Both the position numbers and the translations under genes were made by a program. From NCBI GenBank assembly GCA_977016875.1, contig CDRNST010000175.1, positions 2,418,001 to 2,482,000 on the forward strand: a DNA stretch of 64,000 nucleotides, read 5' to 3'. The notes beneath the pieces are model-generated. The model was not told the origin of the DNA. It made no database searches and saw only the letters and a list, made by a program, of their open reading frames with translations. This document shows, in pieces, positions 51,701-61,054 of the stretch. The first letter of the stretch is position 1; every line of letters starts with the position of its first letter. The DNA comes from Pavona decussata (Eukaryota).

Positions 51701-54700
51701 TTGGTTGATAAAGTGGCTCATTTTTTAACCAATCTCATATTACAGTAAAGTACAATAAAAGTAATTAAAAGCAATTGTCAACTACTTTTGACATTCAACT
51801 GAAAATACTATAAATGGTAATTAATTTTATTGATAATTATTTTTTCTGTTTACTGAGGGCGAGAAAGGATCTCCTGGAGACAAAGGATCACAAGGAGAAA
51901 AAGGACAACCAGGGCAGAAAGGAATGCTGGGAACATGTGATGCAAAGGTGGTGACATGTTTACCCTTCTTTGTTCATCATTCAGTATATAAACAAGTGTA
52001 AGGGAAATTTAGTTGGCCTTTACTGTAATAATGTTTTCTTGCTTTGAGTATACTACTCTTCGACTTAATTGAAGCTTTAGCTAATATGCTGTTCGGTATA
52101 ACAATCCATTTTTTCTGCTCAACTACATTAAAGCTTTAGCTATTTGCTGTTGATGATATGTAGTATAACAAGCTATTTTTTCCCTACTTTGTGCATCTCA
52201 GGGTTCATCTTCCAGTAAATCAGCTTGCTGTGCAGCTGGTAAGAACATTTATCTCTTACATTACGTTTACAATCCTATTATAACTTTGAAAACGTTGGTG
52301 GCTCTCTCAGACCTTTTTACGCAGTTTCATTGTTCTTAAACATATCAAACAGTTGTTTTCACATTTGTTTTCTTTCTTGAAAAATTCTAGAACTTTACTT
52401 GTTGAAGCTTTATTCTGGATTTAATCAACGCTTGTTTATGATATTTTGACATTGGAATTCAGGTCAATTCCATTTCCCACTTCGGATTTCTTTTAGTTAG
52501 CTTTGATTTATAAATTTGGGAAACTGACTTGTTTCTAATAGGTTCCGATTCCTGCTGCGAGAACTCAGGTCTCTCTGTTCCGGGACTGCCTGTGACGGTC
52601 ACTGACTCAATAATACGATATCCACTGGGTTCGCATAGGTCATGGAAAATCTGGAAAGTCGTGGTTTTTAATTGTTGGCCATGGAAAGTCATTTTGGACA
52701 AAAATTAAACAAAAGGGAACCAGAAACACACTTTCACTCAGTAGAAATACCTTATTATAGGAAATTGACGCGAAATTTTAAAAATTCGCGTTAATTTTGT
52801 TAATGTTAATTTTCGCGTCTTTTATTAAGTGGTGCATTAATATCCAAGAGCTTAATTTCCACTATTTTCGCACCAAATTCTCAATACACTTCAGAAAGGA
52901 AAAAGCACTGTTTTATTAAAGTGGACATCCCCGGTATGATGGACACTGTGAAGAACGCTCGAAATGCTCAGATTCTGTGGATTAACCCCAACGTTTAGGA
53001 GCAATTCCACGAACATTGTTTGCATTTCAGATTTTTACACTAAGTGTTAAAAGAAATTTGTTCCTGTTGTCTCAACAAATTCTGTTTTTTTTTTTTTTGT
53101 GGCAGTCGCGTTAATTTCCCTTATTTTGAAACATTATCTCCTCTTTCGCGTTAATTTCCTTTATTGGAAAGTAATTTTTCCTGCAATTCTCATTAATTTA
53201 AGTCGCGTTCATTTCCAATACCTTAATCAACGCGAGCGTTAATTTCCTATAATAAGTTAAACACTGCCCTTTTTGACGCTGTAAAATTCAAACCCTTTAT
53301 CATGGAAAACCTCAGTGCAAAGGTCATGGAAAGTCATGCGTTTTTAAAGCCCAAAAGAGTACGAATCCTAGATATCTTTCTCACGTATACCATCACATTA
53401 ATTCCAGCATTACGCATACGTTTGACGCACTTCTGCAAATTTTATGCCTCGTTATACAGGTAGTTTTATTGGCCACAATCATATAATGCCACATTTTTAC
53501 ATTGTTACAATGAACAAAGGAGTCTTGAAACAAACAGAGGGAAGACAGGCGTCTTAATGAAGTGATGTAATTATTGCAATGTAATGTAAAATCCCTGAAA
53601 CTTAATGATACAACCTTTTCTTTCCTTTTAAGAATGCTCCACAGGTTTTCACTTCTTTGAAAAACTTCAGGACCTACCAACCCGAGGAGCAACAGATGTG
53701 GAACATTTCACCATTGATGGAAGGCTGTTTCTTGCTTTTGCCAACTACCATGGCGACATAAGAAAGTACAAGACAAGCTCCATAATCTACAAGATGGACG
53801 AATCAACTGGAAAATTTATTTTGTACCAGACCCTGAAAACAAGAGGCGTGTATGGTCTTGAGTACTTTTCAATCGCTGGTAAACATTTCCTCGCTGTGGC
53901 CAGTCATTACGATGGAACCTACCTACTGGACTCGGTTATTTACCAGTGGAATGGAAAGCTGTTTGTTGTCTTTCAGAGAATATCTACAAAAGGAGCAGGC
54001 CACTTCACGTTTTTCATTGTAAATAGTGAAAAATACCTCGCAGTGGCAAACTACAATGATGGAAGAACCCAGTCCACAAAATCAGTCATCTACAAATGGA
54101 GCAGCGGCAAGTTTAACAAGTTTCAGGAGATAGCAACTGAAGGAGCCATAGGATGCACGGCGTTTCTAATAAAGAATGACACTTTCATCGCTTTTGCAAA
54201 CCATTACAACCCCCAGCAGAAGTATTCTGTTCAGTCCACTGTGTTCAAGTGGTCAGGAGGACACTTTGTTAAACAGCAGTCTTTTCAGACTTATGGAGCA
54301 TTCGATGTGAAGTCCTTTAACATCAATGGTCACCCATTCCTCGTCTTTGCCAATTATCACTCTGGAAGCAGCCACAACACCAACTCGTTCATTTACAAGT
54401 GGAATGGTAACAAGTTCGTTCTGTTTCAGTCCATTTCTACTCGTGGAGCCCTCGCTTGGCATCCGTTTGTGATCAGCGGTCAAACGTACCTGGGTGTGGC
54501 CAATCACTACGATTCCAGTCAGAAACACAACACACAGTCAGTTGTGTACCAGGCCTCTGGAGCGCGGTTCATTAAGTACCAAGAGATTCCAACATACGGA
54601 GCGTTTGGTATAACGTCATTTGAGTACAAAGGTCATACTTACTTGGCAGTGGCAAATTATTACAGCAAGAAACACAACATAAACAGCGCCCTGTACAAGT

Positions 54701-54708
54701 GGGTGTAG
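36756..54708 (+). CDS. Collagen-stalk / EAR(EPTP)-propeller secreted protein, copy B (complete, 501 aa)
   Basis: Exons 36756-36839 ([28 protein letters not shown], signal peptide), 37622-37688 ([22 protein letters not shown]), 39652-39678, 40567-40593, 49534-49577, 49657-49710, 51858-51947, 52202-52238, 53633-54708. All introns are GT-AG and phases match. Total 1506 nt = 501 aa plus stop. Confidence 0.88.
38773..39378. mobile_element. Tc1/mariner (pogo/Tigger-like) MITE
   Basis: TIR CAGT(A/G)AACTCTCTC, TA TSD, and repeated GCGACCAC subterminal motifs. Confidence 0.8.
41878..42358 (-). repeat. BEL/Pao 3' LTR (481 bp)
   Basis: About 99% identical to 48655-49136. Confidence 0.96.
42454..48590 (-). 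pseudogene. BEL/Pao gag-pol polyprotein split into three ORFs by two frameshifts
   Basis: ORFs 45369-48590, 44888-45448 and 42454-44898 join as [13 protein letters not shown]|[11 protein letters not shown] and LDFED|KIDRALG. Confidence 0.9.
48655..49136 (-). repeat. BEL/Pao 5' LTR (482 bp)
   Basis: About 99% identical to 41878-42358. Confidence 0.96.
50334..50378 (+). pseudogene. Pseudo-exon: donor-less homologue of copy A exon 5940-5993
   Basis: The acceptor is intact (ttttcag|GGAGAGAAAGGTGAAGTGGGG). About 12 nt including the AAG|GT donor are missing relative to copy A, and read-through hits TAA within a few codons. Confidence 0.7.
52750..53257. mobile_element. TA-flanked MITE
   Basis: TIR CTTATTATAGGAAATT(G/A)ACGC with TA duplication. 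The empty site GTAGAAATAAACACT is seen in copy A at ~12666. Repeated GCGTTAATTT motifs inside. Confidence 0.8.
53633..54708 (+). CDS. Terminal exon of copy B: seven EAR/EPTP repeats
   Basis: ORF 53698-54708 extends in frame to the acceptor at 53631-53632. About 87% aa identical to the copy A exon. Confidence 0.9.
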
Positions 54709-56454
54709 AGCCAAGAACGAAAGATCTGGATCCAAGCTTAAAATAACTTATGATTAGCAGTAGAATGAAAGCTTTTTGTTTCCTGACTTATAATACACAA
54801 CAGGGAAGGATTTGTTTATTTTGCAATGATGAATCAGTTTGGGAAAAAGTTGTTAATGGAACAATAAAGATAATACATAGTATTCTTGATAGGCAATCGC
54901 ATAAAGTCCAAGGAATAGTGGAGATACAAAATCAGATTCGGTTAATAAGTGCTCGCCTAGTTTTGATGCAGAATTACTTTCTAGAATTAACATTAAAGCT
55001 GTGTTTGGATCATAAAACACTTGTCTACAGTTTATCACCTGAATTTTGCGTGGAAACTCAGTTCAAGAGTTTGAGTCAATCGAAAACAACAACATAAAAA
55101 ACAAAAACAGCCTTAAGTAAAAACACTACCCTGACTTGGTGCCGGTGAGATGATAAGAAACTTTGACCGGAAACCGGTAGTAGCTAGGGTAAAGAAACAC
55201 ATAAATGTCAAATATTTCATCGTTGTGCTTACGATTTCCGTCAGTGTTTGATTGGACTCTGTCACCGTTATGGCCGGATGTTGCGGGAAAAAAAATAGCC
55301 TCGCTCGCGGACGAAATAAGGAGGGTTGCGGAAAAGGAACACGGTCAGAGGAAAAATAGCGCAACTTTTGGAATAATAGGGCGGATGACGGGAAAAAATA
55401 TTCATAACACAGCTTTCCATTTCCGAGGCATGATGTCGTAAAACGTAAATGACTGTTTCTTGGTTTGTTGCGTAGATTAACGATGCAGAGAATGTCTAAC
55501 AGCTTTTGAATTAAGCAGTGGTAAAGGGAACGAAAAAGTGAGAAACCGATATATAGTCTCAGAAAAAATCGGACCGCGAAAATTCTTGCCTCTTGGATTC
55601 TTTACTATCACCTCTATCAAAGTTATTAGGCGGTCGGAACTGAATCCTGATAAATCGTCTGCACTTAGGGAGGGTAGGGTGGAAGGGGACGCATTTACGT
55701 GGCCATTTCAGCTGTGTTTTCGCAAGGCGGTGCACGCAATTTAAGGCTTTGTAGTTGTCTTGCTGCCCGAGATTGACAAGATTGTAGTGTATTGACTACA
55801 GTAAAATCGTGAATCGTTTTGAGACTCTTTTTTTTCTTGTAGATTCAGAGCGATTTAGAACCTGTTCACTTTGATTCTGACCTCCTTAATCTTGAACTTA
55901 CGAAACAGAAGACGGCACCAACCTTTTCTTCTTAAGAACATAGGGAAGAGTAGCCAAGTTGAAACCAGGAATTAAGAAAATTTAGCTGTCACGCTAGCTG
56001 ATCACGCAAGAACAATTTGCCTTAACCTAAAATCGTTCAACATTCATTATTAGGGGTGGGGTGGGTTAGACAAGGTTCCCTGAGATCGAGGTTGCTCAGA
56101 ACGGCGCTCCAGACAGATCAGTGCTCCCACACACGTACACTGTGAAATATTTCGGTCAAGTTTTCAAAATTTTGTAAGAGGTTACTGTCCTTTTCAATCG
56201 TCAACTCTGTGGCTAAAATATTTTAGGGAAAACTTACAAAGATTTTAGTCATTCCGTGGATCGGGATGCCTTCGCTGAAAAACATCAGTTTTCTTGTTCA
56301 TTTAGTTTCACCAAAAAATGTCTTAAGCCTCTGCTATTATTTTCCAATCACACATTAGTAACTCGGTGCGAGTAAGCCGGCGATGCCAGAAGGCGAAGAA
56401 GTTACTTCCTTGAAAATGATGTGTGATTCTTTCAGTTACACAGGCATTTTCGGA

Positions 56455-56800
56455 AAATGAAATCCGAGTCGTACCAACAGGATGTCGAACCACAGTATAA
56501 CCTTCCGATCACTGGTTTGGATGCTCTACCACTGAGCTACAGGAGACTCGTGAGAGCTAAGGCCATTAAACTAGGTTCATGGGACAAACATCCTGCATAG
56601 CTCTGATTTGAATGTTGATGTGTGGCATATATATGCACAATGGGATAAATGTGATGGTATATTTTAAGGCTGGTGAATACATGAGAATGATGCATGGGTG
56701 ATTCAGTCAGTGACACAGGTATACTTAGGAAAAGAAAATCCAAGTTCGCCAAACAGGAGTCGAACCAATCACCTTTGGATTACTAGCTCGGAATTACTAC
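56455..56800 (-). mobile_element. tRNA-derived SINE-like repeat
   Basis: Minus strand TAGCTCAGTGGTAGAGCA (A box) ... GGTTCGAC (B box). A second partial B-box module lies at ~56745-56795. No complete cloverleaf. Confidence 0.65.
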
Positions 56801-58647
56801 TTTGTCCATTGTTTTAAACTTTGAATATTTTTAATAAACTTTGACCAGTTAAAATTCCCGTTGAACCAGAAACAATTAATTTTATTTGGCTTCTGTTTTA
56901 ATTAACGAAAATGGTCTTTGAAATAACTGAGTCTGAAAGTCTTCTATAGTACAGCAGCCTGACTAGAGAGAGCCGGCAAATATCCAGTCACGAGAATTTA
57001 GGAATGATTGATCTGTCCCCATCCCAATTCGTTAACAGGACATTAAAATGATCCTTATCAAAATACACCTGATATGTTTCAATTTCTATCTTTAAAGGAA
57101 ACTCTAATGTTTCAGAGTTTTATCTACGGAGTGCTGCATAAGCGTTTTAGATACCATTAGAATTATTAGTAGAACTATCAAAATTCTACTTGGAAAACAT
57201 ACTGGAGTGAGCTTTGGACACATCACGAAAGAGAAAAAAATTGGCATGAATATCATTGTGTGTCAGACGTCTTGCATGAGTGCCTCAAATATCAGTTTAA
57301 ACCATGACAAAATAACTGAGAGAAAATATCACTTTCCTAGGAACTGGTGTTTTTGTGCAGATAGTTAGGGCGAAAATAGCCATTTTTTAGCCAAAGTACA
57401 TCTGTTTCTTGCCCGTCAGTAGTGGCACACAAATATGACGTCAACACTTATCATATCAGACAATTTTGTTTTGACAGTGGTAAATAAGCATAGCAAAATG
57501 ACTCAAACATCGTAAACAAAAGGTATTCTGTCTCGTATTTTCGTGTTCCTAATATGATGAAAAAAACAATGAAGGTTAAGAGCAACACTTTTTTTAACTT
57601 TACACTACCTTTTTTTTTATCTCTGAGTTCCTGTGTGAAAATGTTACGCTCGTTTTTCTTGTTGGCTTTGGCCGTTGCATTCCCATACAAATCCTTATAA
57701 TTCAACGGTTATCTTATATTTAGCTAATTTGGTTGCCTGTACTCTTGAGCGACACCAAACTTTCCTCAGTCAAATCACTATAGTTGGACGCTGTCGTAAG
57801 CGACCACCTCTCGTAGGCGACCGCCACCACCTTTTTGCAATTTTCGATGCTTCTTTTTCCGAACCGGTGTTTATTATTTAGTGTAGACGCGTTAAAAATA
57901 GTAATAATTAAAGTTTGTTTTGACACATAACACCACCAAATTATATTCGTTTCATCAACTGGTGATAGCTCATACATTTCTTGACATAATTTAATTAAAG
58001 AGTTATTTCATGTTCATTTGCACATTAATAAATTGGGAGTTTCAAAGAAGTCATTCCTTCAAATGCTTGAATTTTTCAGAATCCAAATCACCGCTCAACA
58101 AACAAACAAATGAACCCATAGTTGGCAACCCATTGTAAAAAACTGTCATGGTATTGTTCGTAAGTAATAAAGGTTTGGTTAGTAGGTCCAGGAATGCAAC
58201 TCTGTTGGTACCAGCCAAAGCGCGGTGCCTACCTACGCTTGGTGACCGAGCCTTTCAGTCGGCTGCTCCGAAACTATGGAAAAGTCTTCCGGCGGAGATC
58301 AGGAACATTCAGATGCTCACACCTTTTAAACAAGCTATTAAAACATACTTTTTTAAGATAGCTTTTAATTGATTTACTTATACATTTTTATGATGGCTTT
58401 TAACCGATTTATTAATTTGATCTTATTGCTGTTATGCGCATATGAAAATATTTCTATTGTATAGGCGCAATATAAGTTTTATATTTATTATTTATTATAG
58501 ATAAACTGTGATCACACACTGTGCACTTTCCTCACTTTCCAAGTTAGCGGTTGCAGCGAAACTGAAAAATCAAATATAATTAACAAATCATTTTACTTTC
58601 ACAACCAGTAGAAGCTGATTCCTGAGTGACTAATTTCTAATTTCTTT

Positions 58648-59347
58648 TTGGGCAATTCAATTCAATTCAATTCTATTTTCACACGTACAACGAGATTTAA
58701 TACAATACATAAAAAAAACAATAAACATTTTTATTACACCAATTTTGAAATCACTGGTGATCCCTGCAATCAGATTGGCTCTCAACAGTGCGATTTATTC
58801 CCAAATTGCACCATTTTTTGCTCTAAATCGCATCGTTTCTTTAGCCCATCAAAATGGAAATGAAGTAACAAAAAAAGAATATTAATATTGACAATGATAC
58901 TCTGTGATTTCAAAATAGGTGTAATAAAGTGGTAATTGAACTTTGTGTCCTGCAATTTTGGTCTGAAATCATACTTGTGATTTCAAATCAAACTCGTGCT
59001 GCGCGCTCGTTCTATTTTGAAATCACGCGTATGATTTCAGACCAAATTGCACTCCACTCAGTTCAATTACCATTATATATTACAAGGAGAATTCAAAAGA
59101 ATTAGGATAAATTTGTTTGGTTTAGTGTGAGCAGTGCCCAAAGGAGCATGCTGCTTTCGAGTTGGGCACTGCTTACGATGGAAGAGAAAATTATTTCGGT
59201 GGAAGAGAAAATTATTTGGGAAGGTTTGAAAAAGAAAAAGAAAAAGAACGTGCTTAGCGAACGGATGACGGTGAAGAACTCTACATTACTTTTGGTTTAT
59301 AAGCAAATTTTTCCTGTATTTGGTTTTAAACGAAGAAGCGGAGTTTG
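58648..59347 (-). mobile_element. LINE 3' fragment with (TTGAA)n tail and a nested palindromic repeat (58731-59074)
   Basis: The minus strand ends ...SSFKTKYRKNLL* followed by a UTR and GAATT repeats. Absent from the homologous site at ~35070. Confidence 0.6.
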
Positions 59348-59791
59348 ACTAGTTTCTGACTAATTTCTGAGTGGAATGCCTGTAAACTAGCTTTGGATAG
59401 CTAAGTGCATTTCCACTATAAACAAAGCATTTATTGTTATTATTTACAAGTGAATTTGCATAAATATTGGATGCGCGTGATGCAACCAACTCATGAACTT
59501 CCATGGGTTTTCTGCAAGCAATCTCGTCCTTAGAGGGTGACGCCCGACCGAGGCCCCGATTTTTGATGGTAACCAAAATTATTCCCGCCTCTGAATTTTG
59601 ATTGGCAATATCTATGAAAATATTTTCGTTACTTGCTTAGCTTGAGATAAAACAAGGGAAGGTAACTTTTCCCGTTATCATCAAATTATCCCTTTCCATT
59701 TATTTTGGCGCAGAACGTTTGAAAACTAAAGCGTGGAGATCGATTAAATCGCAACTGAAAATATCTTTTCCGCATTATAAACAATTAATCC

Positions 59792-59863
<72 letters not shown>

Positions 59864-61054
59864 TTCCCATTTTTATTGTCCCATTTAAAGTTCCAATTTC
59901 CCATTTCCCATTCCCCATTCCCCATTCCCCGTTCCCCGTTCCTCGTTCCTCGTTTTAGCAACATCCGGTTAATTATCAATAAAATTTTCAGAACTAATTA
60001 AGAAACTTTTTTGAGCGGAACAAGTCAGACTGTTTGTTTGTCGAGTTTGAGCGTAATATTGATCTCTTATGAAGAACAGTTCCGAGTCATAAATTAAACA
60101 ACAAAGTTTACTCTGGCATTGTCTCAAGATCTTGTCCTCTACTTTTTCTTAAGCCGATTTTTCAAGTCACTTTCAATCGTCGATCCCCTGTGACTGAAAC
60201 TAAAAGAACTAGCGGCATAAGAAATGTTCGCAGTCTAAGAAGTGCAATAAATTAACAACGCAAGAAATTTTCAGCAGCTTTTCCCGGCTCTTGAAATTGT
60301 TTCACCCTCCACAAAATTAAATCCAAGGCTCAGAGAAGCCAACTAAACTCTTGGGGTGAAGTTCTGTGAACGATTTAGTTGCGTTGTTGATATTGCACTC
60401 AGCAGGACAAAAATCCACGACAAAATTAATTTAATAGTCAGGCAGCCTTTTTGCCACATCTGTATCGATCATATCCCTTGAATTCTTCCTGAGTAATCGG
60501 TCTTGTGTCTTAACTTTCACTTCAACAAATTTTTCTTTACGATTCATCTTAATCTACAATTTTTTGACTTCGTTTTCCTGAAACATTGTTAATTTGACAT
60601 GCTTGCTCCCTCCCCACCCCACCCCCTTCCCCGTACAAAGATGTAAAAAAAACAAAAAAAAAAAAAGAAAAAAAACAAATGACAGATCATCATACTGGAC
60701 AAAGTGTTTTCTTATTCGAGGTCACGGTTTCTAAGCTGAAATAGTATAATTTATGGTTGACATTGATCAAAAGTAAAAGGGTTATGTATTTGGCCATTCA
60801 GGTGTAAAATACAAAGAATCAAAGAAGATTGCGTTACGTACTTCACTATTGAAAACACTCAGAGTCACCCCCAGGTCGCCCCCCTTCTCTCCACCCTCCC
60901 ACTCCACCCACCCTCCTTAATTGTTGATGTAAACATCATAAACAACAACTTGATTTTTCACGTTCATCAGTCAAATAAACCAAAGAGCGGAAGTCTTTTT
61001 TACTGAGCTACACGTTGAATATTACCAGTTGACTTCTGAGGAGAGAGGATCAAA

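Larger units (their letters stand above)
54709..61054 (+). repeat. Intergenic spacer B-C, homologous to spacer A-B (14239-36755): segmental tandem duplication
   Basis: Collinear blocks 14239-16000, 21815-22160, 26135-26750, 27380-27780 and 34000-36755 align with this interval. Confidence 0.9.

Noticed and set aside
53698-54708. Diversity-generating retroelement-like template/variable pair, given nearby RTs and two similar copies
   Set aside because: Differences involve all four bases rather than adenines only. Both copies are complete intron-containing genes, and the RTs belong to ordinary LTR, LINE and Penelope elements.
56470-56545. Functional tRNA gene
   Set aside because: A and B boxes are present, but there is no pairing acceptor stem or proper cloverleaf, and the sequence is embedded in a longer repeat. 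Treated as SINE-like.
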